Translations under genes and position numbers: made by a program | In this document: positions 48,297-59,592 of the stretch, one piece after another | Layout: each line of letters starts with the position of its first letter | How positions within the stretch are numbered: position 1 is the stretch's first letter | The notes under the pieces: model-generated | The model's database searches: none | Told to the model about the DNA's origin: nothing | The model's input: the letters and a program-made list of their open reading frames with translations, nothing else | DNA from: Nitrosopumilus sp. | Lineage (GTDB): Archaea > Thermoproteota > Nitrososphaeria > Nitrososphaerales > Nitrosopumilaceae | Reading direction: 5' to 3' | DNA: 64,000 bases | Assembly (NCBI GenBank): GCA_965223425.1 | Contig: OZ245003.1 | Span: 1,792,001-1,856,000, forward strand

Positions 48297-50012
48297 TCAG
48301 TATAAACTGTATAGTCGGGACAAAGAGACTTTGTCAGACGGGTTCACAGTTGCAAGTTTTCCATCAACTGTTACTTCATACGTCTCTGGGTTGATCTCAA
48401 TTTTTGGTGTAAGGTCATTGTATATCATGTCTTTTTTGCCAATATTACGACAGTTTTTGACAGGGACCAGCCTCTTTTTGACATCATTTAGTTTTGATGC
48501 TAATCCTTTGTCTAATGCTAGTTTTGATGTAAAAGTAACCGAAGTCGAATGCTTTGCTCCACCCAATGCGCCAAACATTGGTCGATAGTAGATGGGTTCT
48601 GTTGTAGGAATGGATGCATTAGGATCACCCATTAGTGAATACGCAATGAATCCTCCCTTTACAATCAATTTTGGTTTGATTCCAAAAAATTGAGGAGTCC
48701 AAACTACAATATCGGCCAGTTTTCCAGGCTCAAGTGAGCCGACATGGTCAGAAATTCCATGAGTTATTGCAGGATTAATTGTAATTTTTGCCAGATATCG
48801 TTTTACTCGTAGATTGTCATTTTCTCCTGTTTCATCTGGAAGGCTGCCTGTCATCTTTTTCATCTTGTCTGCAGTCTGCCAGTTTCTAGTAGTCACCTCA
48901 CCGACCCGTCCCATTGCTTGGCTATCAGAAGACATCATGCTCAAAACCCCCATATCGTGCAATACGTCTTCGGCTGCAATTGTTTCTCCCCGAATTCTAG
49001 ATTCGGCAAAGGACACATCTTCTGGAACTGATGGGTTTAGGTGATGACAAACCATCATCATATCAAGATGCTCAGAAAGAGTGTTTACCGTAAATGGTCT
49101 TGTCGGATTAGTAGATGACGGTAAAATATTTTGTTCACTTGCGATTTTCATTATATCAGGCGCATGGCCACCGCCTGCTCCTTCTGTGTGATAAGTATGG
49201 ATTGTCCTTCCAGCAATTGCTTTAATTGTGTCATCTACAAAACCACATTCATTTAGTGTATCAGTATGAATTGCAACCTGCGTGTCAGTTTTGTCTGCAA
49301 CGCGTAGTGCGGAATCTATTGTTGCAGGGGTAGAACCCCAATCCTCATGTAGTTTTAGACCACAAGCGCCTGCTTCGATTTGTTCAAGTAATGCGGCTTC
49401 TTGTGAATCACTTCCTTTGCACAAAAAACCAAAATTTAATGGAAACTCTTCTACTGCTTCAATCATTCTATGAATATTCCAAGCACCGGGAGTGCATGTT
49501 GTTGCATTTGTTCCATCTGCAGGCCCAGTACCGCCACCAATCATTGTTGTTGTGCCACTACAAATTGCATCAAGGGTTTGTTGAGGCGAAATAAAATGAA
49601 CATGGGAATCAACTGTGCCAGGAGTGCAGATAGTATGTTCTCCTGCAATCACTTCAGTGTTTGAAGATATAACCATGTCAACATCATCCATTACATTTGG
49701 ATTTCCTGCGTTTCCAATTCCTGCAATCAGACCGTCTTTGATTCCAATGTCTCCTTTTAGGATTCCAAGTTTAGGATCTAAAACTATCGCATTAGTAATT
49801 ACAAGATCAAGGGAATTATCTCGTGTGACGCCACTTGCCTGACCCATGCCATCCCTAGCACTTTTTCCTCCACCAAAAACAACTTCGTCACCGTATTTGA
49901 TCAAGTCTTTTTCAATTTCGATAAGCAGATCAGTATCGGCCAACCTAACTTTATCTCCAACGGTAGGGCCAAAAAGATCCACGTATGTTTGTCGTGGAAT
50001 CTCCAGAGTCAT
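48297..50012 (-). CDS. ureC: Urease subunit alpha
   Basis: [42 protein letters not shown]. Confidence 0.98.
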   Translation of the reverse strand: MTLEIPRQTYVDLFGPTVGDKVRLADTDLLIEIEKDLIKYGDEVVFGGGKSARDGMGQASGVTRDNSLDLVITNAIVLDPKLGILKGDIGIKDGLIAGIGNAGNPNVMDDVDMVISSNTEVIAGEHTICTPGTVDSHVHFISPQQTLDAICSGTTTMIGGGTGPADGTNATTCTPGAWNIHRMIEAVEEFPLNFGFLCKGSDSQEAALLEQIEAGACGLKLHEDWGSTPATIDSALRVADKTDTQVAIHTDTLNECGFVDDTIKAIAGRTIHTYHTEGAGGGHAPDIMKIASEQNILPSSTNPTRPFTVNTLSEHLDMMMVCHHLNPSVPEDVSFAESRIRGETIAAEDVLHDMGVLSMMSSDSQAMGRVGEVTTRNWQTADKMKKMTGSLPDETGENDNLRVKRYLAKITINPAITHGISDHVGSLEPGKLADIVVWTPQFFGIKPKLIVKGGFIAYSLMGDPNASIPTTEPIYYRPMFGALGGAKHSTSVTFTSKLALDKGLASKLNDVKKRLVPVKNCRNIGKKDMIYNDLTPKIEINPETYEVTVDGKLATVNPSDKVSLSRLYSLY

Positions 50013-50377
50013 AAAGAGATCTCCTTGAATCCTTGTTCTTTGGCTTTTTGTAGTGCCTCAGGTTTTTTTTCATCTAATGGGCCGTTGACTAGCCCACTAA
50101 ATCCAAATACAACCTTTTTACCGCCATACTCTACAAGTTCCACACTTCTAGAATCGCCTGGTTCAAATCTTACTGAAGTTCCGGCAGGGATGTTAAGATG
50201 AAAACCGTAGGATTGTTCTCTAGGAAGCGAAAGTGCTTTGTTTACCTCAAAGAAGTGGGCATGCGAGCCAACTTGAACAGGCCTATCCCCAGTGTTAGCT
50301 ACTTGTATTGTTATTGTCTGTTTGTCTGAATTTGCAATGATTTTTTCATCTGAAATAATGTATTCTCCGGGTTTCAT
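50009..50377 (-). CDS. ureB: Urease subunit beta
   Basis: [18 protein letters not shown]...GTSVRFEPG. Confidence 0.97.
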   Translation of the reverse strand: MKPGEYIISDEKIIANSDKQTITIQVANTGDRPVQVGSHAHFFEVNKALSLPREQSYGFHLNIPAGTSVRFEPGDSRSVELVEYGGKKVVFGFSGLVNGPLDEKKPEALQKAKEQGFKEISL

Positions 50378-50381
50378 GTTT

Positions 50382-50684
50382 TCACACTATTGGGTCATGG
50401 ACAGTAACTAGCTTAGTTCCATCTTCAAAAGTAGCTTCAACTTGTATTGAATGAATCAAGTCTGGAACCTCAGGCAGAACGTCTTCTTTAGATAAAACTT
50501 TTCTTCCAGAACTCATCAATTCTGGAACAGATTTTCCATCTCGAGCACCTTCTAAAATATGATCAGTGATTAATGCAATAGATTCTGGGTGGTTTAGTTT
50601 TAGTCCTCTCCCCTTTCGTCTTTGTGCAAGTTGAGCGGCCAAAAAGATATGTAGTTTATCCATCTCTCTTGGAGTAAGCATCAT
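50382..50684 (-). CDS. ureA: Urease subunit gamma
   Basis: LTPREMDKL...GLKLNHPE...[17 protein letters not shown]. Confidence 0.97.
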   Translation of the reverse strand: MMLTPREMDKLHIFLAAQLAQRRKGRGLKLNHPESIALITDHILEGARDGKSVPELMSSGRKVLSKEDVLPEVPDLIHSIQVEATFEDGTKLVTVHDPIV

Positions 50685-50766
50685 GATTTTGATACTTGAT
50701 TAATGTATTTAATAATTAAAAAAGAGTTGCAAGAAACTATAATTTTGATGAACTTGTGAGATCGTT

Positions 50767-51267
50767 GTGTTAAAGATCACCTCAATTGCCGGAAATATTT
50801 TTCATGATGAGAGATTTGATTCATTAAGAGGAAGTGGGGATTTTGAACGCCTTAAAATATCAAGGATGGAACTTGAAAAAAATAGAATCAGAAGAGAGAC
50901 AGATCTAGGCACGGATGTAGGCTTGCTTTTAGAAGCTGGAATTACACTACACAATGGAGACGTACTTGGCAGCAGCAATAGTGGAAAATTCATTGTTGTT
51001 GAGCAGATACCAGAGAAAGTAATCTCAGTCAGATTAAAAAATAAGACAAAATCAGCAGATCTCCTGGTTCTGCTAGGCCACATCATAGGAAACCGACACA
51101 GACCTATATCTATTGAAGATGACATCATATTCTTTCCAATTCAAGCAGAGTCAGAATTGGAGGTTTTTCAGAAACTATTTGTAGAAATTATTGAGGATGT
51201 TGAATTGTCAACAGAGGAGAAAATTTTTAGGCCACATACAGGAGCTGATGTTCATGGTCATAGATGA
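50767..51267 (+). CDS. ureE: Urease accessory protein UreE
   Basis: LHNGDVL, LGHIIGNRH, His-containing tail; divergent from ureA. Confidence 0.92.
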   Translation: MLKITSIAGNIFHDERFDSLRGSGDFERLKISRMELEKNRIRRETDLGTDVGLLLEAGITLHNGDVLGSSNSGKFIVVEQIPEKVISVRLKNKTKSADLLVLLGHIIGNRHRPISIEDDIIFFPIQAESELEVFQKLFVEIIEDVELSTEEKIFRPHTGADVHGHR

Positions 51268-51976
51268 TGATGATGATGATTATGATGATATTGCCGAAGA
51301 TCTACACGTAATGCAGCTTTCAGATTCATTTTTTCCCACAGGGCTGTTTGCAACATCAAATGGTCTTGAGACGTTATTTTTTGATAAAAAAATAACCACA
51401 GCGTTAGAATTATTGGAATTTAACAAAATAACAGTAGAACAGCAATTAGGCCCCAGTGATTGTGTGATATTAGCAAATGCATATGATTATGCAAGCACGT
51501 CAGATTATGAAAAAATCAAAGAACTAGATGCAATTTGTTGCGCAATGAAAACAATCAAAGAAATTCGTGAGGCATCAGTAAGATCTGGCAATCAGCTAGT
51601 GAGATGTGTCAAAGAGTTTCTAAGTAATGATAAAACTTTGAATTGCTACAACGATTTACTACAAAGTGGAAAAATAAGTGGGGTTTATCCAATTTCTTTT
51701 GCAGTGTGTTGCAAGTCCATGAAAATTAGTAAGGAAAAAGCACTGATGATGTTCCTTTATGGGTTTGTTGCCAGTACTGTTGGCGCTTCTTTGCGTTTGG
51801 GGATGATTCAACATTTTGAGGGACAAAGAGTTATTCATCAATTAAAACCATTGATAACAAAAGTTGTTAGTGAAAATTTTAACAAACCAGTCTCAGAGAT
51901 TTGGCAGTTCCTGCCTCAAGTTGAAATTTTTCAGATGCAGCACGAAAAGATGGACTCTAAAATGTTTATTACGTGA
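51254..51976 (+). CDS. ureF: Urease accessory protein UreF
   Basis: QLSDSFFPTG.F..S.GLE...HE...KMFIT; ATG at 51254. Confidence 0.92.
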   Translation: MVIDDDDDDYDDIAEDLHVMQLSDSFFPTGLFATSNGLETLFFDKKITTALELLEFNKITVEQQLGPSDCVILANAYDYASTSDYEKIKELDAICCAMKTIKEIREASVRSGNQLVRCVKEFLSNDKTLNCYNDLLQSGKISGVYPISFAVCCKSMKISKEKALMMFLYGFVASTVGASLRLGMIQHFEGQRVIHQLKPLITKVVSENFNKPVSEIWQFLPQVEIFQMQHEKMDSKMFIT

Positions 51977-51993
51977 AATGGAGGTTTGTGTAA

Positions 51994-52740
51994 ATGACTA
52001 GAATTCCAAGAATTGGCATAGGTGGCCCGGTAGGCTCTGGAAAAAGTATGTTGATCGAACGGGTTGTTCCAGTTTTAGCAAAAAAAGGATACAGCGTAAG
52101 CATAATTTCAAACGACGTGATTTCAAAAGAAGATGCAGATAGAATGAGAACGAATTTGGCTACAAAGCGTGGACTGTTACCAGAAAATCTTGTGATTGGC
52201 CTTGCCACAGGCGGATGTCCCCACACTGCAGTAAGAGAAGATCCCTCAATGAACATATCAGTAATAGAGGAGATGGAAGAAAAACACAATGAACTAGATC
52301 TGATAATCATTGAAAGCGGGGGAGATAACATCACAACTACGTTTAGTCCATTATTAGCAGATTACTTTATTTACATTATTGATGTGGCAGGGGGAGACAA
52401 GTATCCCAGAAAAGGGGGTTTAGGAATAGAAAGCTGTGATCTTTTGATAATCAATAAAATCGACTTGGCGCCGCAGGTAGGGGCGAATTTAGACATCATG
52501 AAAAAGGATGCAGAGAGGATCAGAAAAGACAAGCCATTTTTGTTCATAAACTGTAAGACTGATGAAGGAATTGAAAAAGTAGCAGGGCACATTATTCACG
52601 ACATACTTTTTGATTCACGGCCAAAGTCATCGTCATCGTCATCATCGTCATCATCGTCATCATCGTCATCATCGTCATCATCGTCATCATCATCGTCGTC
52701 GTCGTCGTATCCCAAATCATTCCAAAATGTTAAAAGATGA
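51994..52740 (+). CDS. ureG: Urease accessory GTPase UreG with poly-Ser tail
   Basis: [31 protein letters not shown]. Confidence 0.96.
   Translation: MTRIPRIGIGGPVGSGKSMLIERVVPVLAKKGYSVSIISNDVISKEDADRMRTNLATKRGLLPENLVIGLATGGCPHTAVREDPSMNISVIEEMEEKHNELDLIIIESGGDNITTTFSPLLADYFIYIIDVAGGDKYPRKGGLGIESCDLLIINKIDLAPQVGANLDIMKKDAERIRKDKPFLFINCKTDEGIEKVAGHIIHDILFDSRPKSSSSSSSSSSSSSSSSSSSSSSSSSSSYPKSFQNVKR
52627..52707 (+). repeat. (TCA/TCG)27 trinucleotide microsatellite
   Basis: 81 nt encoding 27 consecutive Ser. Confidence 0.95.
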
Positions 52741-53663
52741 ACGATTTAGAATTCTATACACCATCTGACATTCCATCACAGTTCAAAGTGTTTGATTCAG
52801 AAGTAAAGCAACTTGGAGTAGGCAAATCAGGAAAAAATGGTTTACTGCAAATAACACTACAAAAAGATGGTGATTCTAACAAAACTATTGTTGGGGAATT
52901 GTATTCAGAGATTCCACTTTACGCTCAAAAAATACTACATTGTGATGACAAGTCCAAGTTAGGACATATCTACATTGTTTCAGCTTCGGGCGGGATTCTT
53001 CAAGGGGACAGATATAGGATAGACATCAAAATGAAAAAAGACGCACAGGCACATGTAACGACTCAAGGCGCAACAAGAATTTACAGCATGAATTCAAACA
53101 AAGCAACTCAAATGATAAACGTCACGTTAGAAGAGAATGCGTACCTAGAATTCATACCAGATCAGATTATTCCTTATGAAAATTCGAGATTCTATCAGAG
53201 ATTAGAACTTGATGTGCATAGTGATGCTACAATGATTTATTCTGAGATAATTACCCCTGGCAGAATTGCAATGGGGGAATCATTTGCATATGATGTTTGC
53301 TACCTAAAAACAAAAGCAGTAAATCAACACGGGGATTTTAGAATAGTGGACATTACAAACATTGAGCCAAAAAAACAAAAGATATCCTCTTTTGGGATGT
53401 TAGAAAAATACCTTGTTGTAGGATCAGTGTACATTCTAACAAAAGATCAGTATGTTTTAGAGTTACATGATAAAATTAACTCAATCCTATCAAAGGATAA
53501 AAAGACTTTTGGCGGAGTGAGCATTATGAAGGACGATTCAGGATTACTGGTACGAATCCTTGGAAATGAAACTGAACCTATCAAAGACATTATTTTTAGC
53601 ATAGTTGCAGTTTTGAGAGAAAAAGTTATCAATGTACCATTTTCTGGAATTAGAAAATCATAG
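52737..53663 (+). CDS. ureD: Urease accessory protein UreD
   Basis: [33 protein letters not shown]. Confidence 0.93.
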   Translation: MNDLEFYTPSDIPSQFKVFDSEVKQLGVGKSGKNGLLQITLQKDGDSNKTIVGELYSEIPLYAQKILHCDDKSKLGHIYIVSASGGILQGDRYRIDIKMKKDAQAHVTTQGATRIYSMNSNKATQMINVTLEENAYLEFIPDQIIPYENSRFYQRLELDVHSDATMIYSEIITPGRIAMGESFAYDVCYLKTKAVNQHGDFRIVDITNIEPKKQKISSFGMLEKYLVVGSVYILTKDQYVLELHDKINSILSKDKKTFGGVSIMKDDSGLLVRILGNETEPIKDIIFSIVAVLREKVINVPFSGIRKS

Positions 53664-53774
53664 CTAGCTGAAATAAATCAATTCAAGATTATAGGCCCAC
53701 CAACAATCAATTGGTGCAATAAAACATTTTTTAGAAGATTAAGACCTATTTTATTACCTGAAAAATAATTACTG

Positions 53775-54149
53775 TTGATTTGGATAAAATATAACATAAA
53801 ATTAGTTGATGGGGAAAAATCATCCATTCTTAAATTTGACAGGTTTCATGAAAAGGATTTGGAGCTGTTGTTTCAGATTGCCAAGATTAGAATAGAACAG
53901 AAGACAGAAATCAACTTGGAACAAATGGCAGTGTATTGTAGTTATCATTTAGTAAGATTACTACGCATAAAGACAAATGAAAATATGCAAAAAGGATTGC
54001 TGTTAAAAACTCTCAAAGACATAGGATTGTTTTGCAAAGAATTCAACAACATAGAACAAATTAATTTTGACTTGATAGTAGACGCACTGCCAAAAAAGAC
54101 GTTTAACATACTACTTCCGCCTAAAATTATTTTATCTCCATCAGTTTAG
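53775..54149 (+). CDS. Hypothetical protein
   Basis: 124-aa ORF filling the gap between ureD and the transporter. Confidence 0.5.
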   Translation: MIWIKYNIKLVDGEKSSILKFDRFHEKDLELLFQIAKIRIEQKTEINLEQMAVYCSYHLVRLLRIKTNENMQKGLLLKTLKDIGLFCKEFNNIEQINFDLIVDALPKKTFNILLPPKIILSPSV

Positions 54150-56452
54150 ATGAAGGTTACAGGCTTTGATGTACGTTCTAAAACTTGTTTGGACACATGT
54201 CCAAGCTCCTCATCAGTTCCCCCAAGACCTTTTTTACCCATAACAATCAAATCCACGCCCAATTTATCGGCCATTTCAGATATTTTTGTTGGCGGATTGC
54301 CCAACTTTACAATTCGCTTGTAATCGTGTAGCTGTTTTGGAACAACTATACTTCTTAGAATTAATCTGCCTTCCTTTTGCATTTGTACAGTTAATTCTTC
54401 ATCTATATTTTCATCATTTTCATCGGACCACTCCATTACATGAAGAAGATAGATTCGTACTAGATTTGAGCCTCGGAAAAGATAGTTTGCATTGTTCAAA
54501 GCCTTCAGTGATTTTATAGAACCATCCACTGGAACCAAAATTTTCATTACAGGTTTATTTTTATCTATTTTATCTTCATCAAGCTCTTTTTGTTTGGAGG
54601 GTTTTTCCATATTTGCTCTTTGAATAATTGTACCAATACTTGTTCGTGCCTCAATTAATGGTAAAATCATAGTAACCCCCGCAGCCCCAAATGCCCAAAC
54701 CATTACAAGCAATACCCAAGCAGTAAATGACTCCAATGTAAAAACAAACTCTGTAAGATACAAAGACAATGGCCAAACTATTACAAGAAATAGTGAAAGT
54801 CCAAATCCAACACGTTTACAAAACGTAGATGCCCTAGACAATATTTCCTCATCAGTGTCACGTTTAATCATGGAACGGACCCTATCATCAGCTAAGAGAA
54901 TTTTTTGTTTCAACATACGGAAATCAAAGTTTTCTGGAATCAGCAAGCTTCCAATAACTGTTATTGCCAAGCTTACCAGTATAGAGGTGATATTTCCAAC
55001 AAAAAGTAGAAGAATGTTGCCAGTTGAAGTTATTGTAATTTCGCCAAACATCATGTAAGCGGCCAAAAACCAAGTAGCAAGCCCAGAGATCAGTCCCACT
55101 ATTGCTGCACTAGTTGCAGCAATTCGGTTGGTTTTCTTCCACAAAATTGCAAAAGAGATAGGTGCCACTGCAGAGCCAATCAATATTCCCATTGTCAAAT
55201 AGACATATTGCAGGCTAACACCAAATTGGAATAATACAGATGCCAAAAGACCCATCCCCAGTCCAAATCCAATAATTGCAAATCTGGAAATTCGCATGAG
55301 TTCTCTGCCTGAAGCAGAAGGTTTCAGGTAGGTTCGAAATACATCATAAGTCATCAATGAGGATACGCTAACTAATTGAGAAGATCCTGCAGCCACTACT
55401 GCTGTAAAGACAATGGTGAGAATCAAAATAGCACCCAGATCGCCCATCAGATTGGCAGCTGCAGTAGGGGCCACAAGTCCAAGACCAATTTGATCCTCAG
55501 TTAATGTCACTCCCGTAGCTACTGCAGCCAAACCAAGTGTAGTGGCAAGAGTAAACGGTATGGCAAACCAAGCCAGACCGCCAATTATGAATCCACCAGC
55601 AGCAGCTTTTGGTCTTGCAGCAATTGCTCTTTGCCAATAGGACTGGTCCACAAAGACTGTTCCAAAGTTTCCCACAATGTTGATTATTCCAAAAATTAGT
55701 GCGCCAATTGATGCAAGTGTAAGGTATGTTCCAAGCACATTTCCCTCTACTGGGTTTAGAATAGATGCCTGGGTAAGCTTTTCATACATTCCTGAAATTC
55801 CGCCAATATCAGGACTGGCAAAATAGATTACAGTTACAAAAATCAAAACTACAACAAAGATAAAGGCCGCATTAAGATATTCAGCAAAGAATGTGGCCTT
55901 TAGTCCGCCAAAAACAGTGTAAATGACAATTCCAAGTGGTATCAAAAATGCTGCAATAGTTATGTCAACCCCAGTAAGTGAGTTTACTACAGCTGCGCCC
56001 CCAAGTATCAGCATTGCAGTAACAATAGTATTTGTCATTAGTCCAAAAAACAAAAATACTTTGTGGGGGTGTTTTCCAAATCTTACATAAAGCATTTCGG
56101 GAAATGTGTGGGTCATTGGTGCTTTTCGTTTGAGCTCTATTGCAAGAATTGAAAATAAAATTACTTGAATGCTAGCTCCTGCGGCATACCAAAACGAACC
56201 ACCCATGCCAAATTCATAAGTTACAGTTGAAGATTGCAGCAAGGTTGCAGCCCAGGTCCATGCAGATACAATAGAGGATGCAATCAACCCTGTTTTGATG
56301 GTTCTGCCTGCAGTGTAAAACCACTCAAAAGTTTTCCGTGTTCCCAGCCATTTGGTTTCTGCCTTTACCATCAGGGTAACGGCCAATGCCAGAATCAAAC
56401 CAACGCCAACAAGTACAACATACCCCACATTTTCAGGCAGAATTGACTCCAT
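54146..56452 (-). CDS. DUR3-like sodium:solute (urea) symporter fused to a C-terminal universal stress protein domain
   Basis: Paralogue of 46195-48195, plus KILVPVDGS...DLIVMGKKG...LGHVS...PVTFI. Confidence 0.9.
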   Translation of the reverse strand: MESILPENVGYVVLVGVGLILALAVTLMVKAETKWLGTRKTFEWFYTAGRTIKTGLIASSIVSAWTWAATLLQSSTVTYEFGMGGSFWYAAGASIQVILFSILAIELKRKAPMTHTFPEMLYVRFGKHPHKVFLFFGLMTNTIVTAMLILGGAAVVNSLTGVDITIAAFLIPLGIVIYTVFGGLKATFFAEYLNAAFIFVVVLIFVTVIYFASPDIGGISGMYEKLTQASILNPVEGNVLGTYLTLASIGALIFGIINIVGNFGTVFVDQSYWQRAIAARPKAAAGGFIIGGLAWFAIPFTLATTLGLAAVATGVTLTEDQIGLGLVAPTAAANLMGDLGAILILTIVFTAVVAAGSSQLVSVSSLMTYDVFRTYLKPSASGRELMRISRFAIIGFGLGMGLLASVLFQFGVSLQYVYLTMGILIGSAVAPISFAILWKKTNRIAATSAAIVGLISGLATWFLAAYMMFGEITITSTGNILLLFVGNITSILVSLAITVIGSLLIPENFDFRMLKQKILLADDRVRSMIKRDTDEEILSRASTFCKRVGFGLSLFLVIVWPLSLYLTEFVFTLESFTAWVLLVMVWAFGAAGVTMILPLIEARTSIGTIIQRANMEKPSKQKELDEDKIDKNKPVMKILVPVDGSIKSLKALNNANYLFRGSNLVRIYLLHVMEWSDENDENIDEELTVQMQKEGRLILRSIVVPKQLHDYKRIVKLGNPPTKISEMADKLGVDLIVMGKKGLGGTDEELGHVSKQVLERTSKPVTFI

Positions 56453-56573
56453 AGTTCTATTGAAAGCTCAAATCTAGTATTAAAATAATAATTTTGGGTT
56501 TAATCAGAGTCGGGAAATAAGTAAAAAGACTTTCAAAAAGACATTAAATACTTGATCTGCAAAGTGAAGGTGA

Positions 56574-57113
56574 ATGGTAGACAGGATAGATGAAATAATA
56601 ATTTCAGGTCTCAGTCAGAATTCAAAACAAAGTACTTTTGAATTATGGGATTTCCTAAAGGGGTTTGGCTACAACATATCACAAGAAGAGATCGAATCTA
56701 GAATTTCAGTGTTAGAAGAAGAAGGTGTGATCAAAAAGTATGTTGTTTCAGTTGACTCTAAAAAAATTCCAGGCAGAGTAATACGAGTTGATTTGGTTAC
56801 ATTTAGAACATCACAAGCATTACCCAAAAGACTTGAGGGTTTGAAAAAATACCTGAATGATGCACCATTTGTAGTATTCTCAGGACGTACAAGAGGGGGA
56901 TATGACTGGATTACGGTAAAATCATTTTTGTCCGATGAGATGGCAGATGAAGAAAATGATATTTACAGGAATCTCTTTGGGGACATAATTCAAATCTATG
57001 AGGTTTATGATTTTATTCCACAGACAGAGGCATCCCTTAGTGGATTAACATATACAGAAACAGAATACAAAAAATTTCTTAAGGAATGGGTGCCTCCATT
57101 TATTGGGAAATAG
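56574..57113 (+). CDS. Lrp/AsnC-family transcriptional regulator
   Basis: DRIDEIII..L..NSK...RI..LEEEGVIKKY...GGYD; divergent from the transporter. Confidence 0.85.
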   Translation: MVDRIDEIIISGLSQNSKQSTFELWDFLKGFGYNISQEEIESRISVLEEEGVIKKYVVSVDSKKIPGRVIRVDLVTFRTSQALPKRLEGLKKYLNDAPFVVFSGRTRGGYDWITVKSFLSDEMADEENDIYRNLFGDIIQIYEVYDFIPQTEASLSGLTYTETEYKKFLKEWVPPFIGK

Positions 57114-57126
57114 TCGACGTCGACAA
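57111..57126. promoter_or_regulatory. 16-bp palindrome TAGTCGACGTCGACAA (copy 2)
   Basis: One mismatch to TTGTCGACGTCGACAA; lies between the convergent stops of the Lrp and parB-like genes. Confidence 0.55.
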
Positions 57127-57129
57127 AGT

Positions 57130-57999
57130 TTATTTTGAATATTTCTTTTTGTGCTGAATGCTCTCATCTATCAGTGAATGTGTGATTCGCCTCAAATTCA
57201 TCAGAAATTCTATCAGTTCTGCACGCTTTGAGGGGGCAACTTTATGGGCATCATCAATAAGATCGTCAATTCTGGACAGAGTAACCTTTAGAGTAAGAGT
57301 GCTTTTTCGTACAATACTGAGTTCTTTGGAATTTTTGTTTTTAGAGTCGGTATTTTGAGGTTTTTCAGGCAAGTTACTTTTCATCTTTCGAATCTGCCTG
57401 ACAGTTAGTTTGTTGTGGACAATCTCATCAATAAAATCATTTTTGACTGAGGACTCCACAGTAGTTAATTCAAGTGCTTGACTAACACTTAGGTTGTTGC
57501 TAGTAATTTTTTCTTTGATATCTTTTGGTAATTTTAATAGTTGCATTCTATGAGATACGTGCTCTACGCTTTTACCTATCTTTTTTGACAGATCACTTGC
57601 TCCACCCCAACCAAAATCAACCACATATTTTTGGAAGGCCTCGGCCTCCTCAAGGGGATCCATGGACTTTCGCTGTATGTTTTCTGTAAGTTGTACCTCA
57701 TATGCTTGCTTGTCAGAAAACTCTCTAATCTTGCATGGGAGAAATCTCCACCTTAGGCTCTTGCATGCAGAAAATCTCCTATGGCCGGCAACAATTTCAA
57801 ATCCGTGTTCTAGAGGCCTTACAACAATTGGCTGGAGAAGCCCGTGTTCTTTGATGCTTTTTTTCAGATTGGCAAATTCGGCGGAATTTTTGGAGTTATC
57901 ATACCGTACAGGGAATTTTGAGGGCCTTATCATTCGCAGTTCTATTTGTTCAACAATTGAGTTATCAAATATTTCCAATATCAGAACCCTGAATATCAT
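57130..57999 (-). CDS. ParB/Spo0J-family protein
   Basis: SIKEHGLLQPIVVR, EIVAGHRRFSA, ENIQRK.MDPLEEA, followed by an HTH. Confidence 0.92.
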   Translation of the reverse strand: MIFRVLILEIFDNSIVEQIELRMIRPSKFPVRYDNSKNSAEFANLKKSIKEHGLLQPIVVRPLEHGFEIVAGHRRFSACKSLRWRFLPCKIREFSDKQAYEVQLTENIQRKSMDPLEEAEAFQKYVVDFGWGGASDLSKKIGKSVEHVSHRMQLLKLPKDIKEKITSNNLSVSQALELTTVESSVKNDFIDEIVHNKLTVRQIRKMKSNLPEKPQNTDSKNKNSKELSIVRKSTLTLKVTLSRIDDLIDDAHKVAPSKRAELIEFLMNLRRITHSLIDESIQHKKKYSK

Positions 58000-58288
58000 A
58001 ACAGGCTACAAAGTATTTATTGATTTTTAGATTAGGCATTGCGATAAAAAAGGCAAAACGCATGAAAAAGGCAGAGGATGTTGCTGTTTGATTTTGGTGA
58101 TCTGAAACCCAAATTGATCAGTCCACATTGACAAAAACGGCAGTGATCTGATGGCTCTGTGCATGGGCCTGTCTGCAGTTTTAAAAGGATCTATTTCAGA
58201 TAATGGTGCCTTTCCGCCGGTTCATTCTTGTAAATATCTACAGGTATGATTATGCAGTAATGGTTTTATTTTATCTAAAAAGAAAAAT

Positions 58289-58870
58289 GTGAATAAAATG
58301 AAAAATTGGAGATTACCATTTCTGGTAGTAGGCATATTACTGATTATTACAGTAGGAATACAGCCAGTATTTGCTGAAAAAATAGTTTCAATCCAAAAGA
58401 CAGTAGATATTGACAGAGAATCACTGACTGATTCCATTTCCAGTCTAGAAAAATATTCACAAATTTTGCCAGATTATATTCAATCATCCAAATTAACAAA
58501 AGACAATACAGCAAATATGAAAATAGGAATAGGCTGGATCACTATTGACATGGATATAAAATTTGCAGAATCAAATGACAAAGTCACACTTGAAGTAATT
58601 TCAGGTGATTTTAGGGGAACAAAACTCTATGTGACAATGTCTGAGAAAACCAAAGACAGTACCAATGAAAAGACGGATGTTTCAGCAGAAATGCATCTTC
58701 AAAGAAGTTGGCATATGGGAGTTTTGACATCATTTGTATCTGATAATGATATCAAATCTATGCTAAATACAAGTCTAAATGGATTAGTTGAATATGCAAA
58801 AAATCCGCCAACCTATGAGAAAGCAATAGAAGAGAAAGAGAGATTCTGTATTTTTGGTTTATGCTTTTAG
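58289..58870 (+). CDS. Secreted SRPBCC/START-like protein
   Basis: Signal peptide; LEKYSQILP..., EVISGDFRGT pattern. Confidence 0.55.
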   Translation: MNKMKNWRLPFLVVGILLIITVGIQPVFAEKIVSIQKTVDIDRESLTDSISSLEKYSQILPDYIQSSKLTKDNTANMKIGIGWITIDMDIKFAESNDKVTLEVISGDFRGTKLYVTMSEKTKDSTNEKTDVSAEMHLQRSWHMGVLTSFVSDNDIKSMLNTSLNGLVEYAKNPPTYEKAIEEKERFCIFGLCF

Positions 58871-59592
58871 TTATCTAAGACACAAGAATTAGTTACTGGA
58901 TCAAAGACAGTTTCTGCTCCACATTTTGAGTTAGTTTTACCAGAGGATGTGGAATCACCAGTATCTAAGACACACGAATTAGTTACTGGATCAAAGACAG
59001 TTTCTGCTCCACATTTTGAGTTAGTTTTACCAGTGGATGGGGAATCAGTACCAGTATCCACAGTTCCCACTTTAGAGTCGGCAACATCTACTTTAGAATC
59101 AGCAACAGCTGATCTTTCCAAAACATTATCAAAGAATCCCTGAGTATAACCTGCACCAAGAATTATCAAAACCAATACAGGAATTCCAACCATAACAGGA
59201 ATTTTCCATCCAATAGTTTTTGTTTGATTTTTTGAACGAATGGAAGAGGTTGGTTTTTCTTCTGGATCAGTTTCTGTACCAACCTCAAACAAAGATGCGC
59301 CGCAAGCCATACAGAAATTAGCACCCAACGGGCCTTTTTTTCCACACTTCCAGCAATGAATCATTTCTTTATCATCATAGTCAGTTTCTGAATTCTCATC
59401 AGTTTCTGCTTGTTGCTTCAAAACGTGGTTTACAAGATATTTTTCTCTCATTTTTTCCAAATAATTTTTATCAGTAATCCAGATAGTTTTATTTTGAATG
59501 TAGGCTTGTTTGATATGTTCTAGTCTATATGAATCACCTACACCGAGTTTTAGTAGGGCATTTACATCATCCACTACATCCTGGGAGTCCAT
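58867..59592 (-). CDS. Zinc-ribbon membrane protein with a duplicated Cys-rich C-terminal module
   Basis: CWKCG...NFCMACG, a TM helix, and SKCGAETVFDPVTNSCVLD twice (69-nt tandem repeat, about 58873-59032). Confidence 0.8.
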   Translation of the reverse strand: MDSQDVVDDVNALLKLGVGDSYRLEHIKQAYIQNKTIWITDKNYLEKMREKYLVNHVLKQQAETDENSETDYDDKEMIHCWKCGKKGPLGANFCMACGASLFEVGTETDPEEKPTSSIRSKNQTKTIGWKIPVMVGIPVLVLIILGAGYTQGFFDNVLERSAVADSKVDVADSKVGTVDTGTDSPSTGKTNSKCGAETVFDPVTNSCVLDTGDSTSSGKTNSKCGAETVFDPVTNSCVLDN

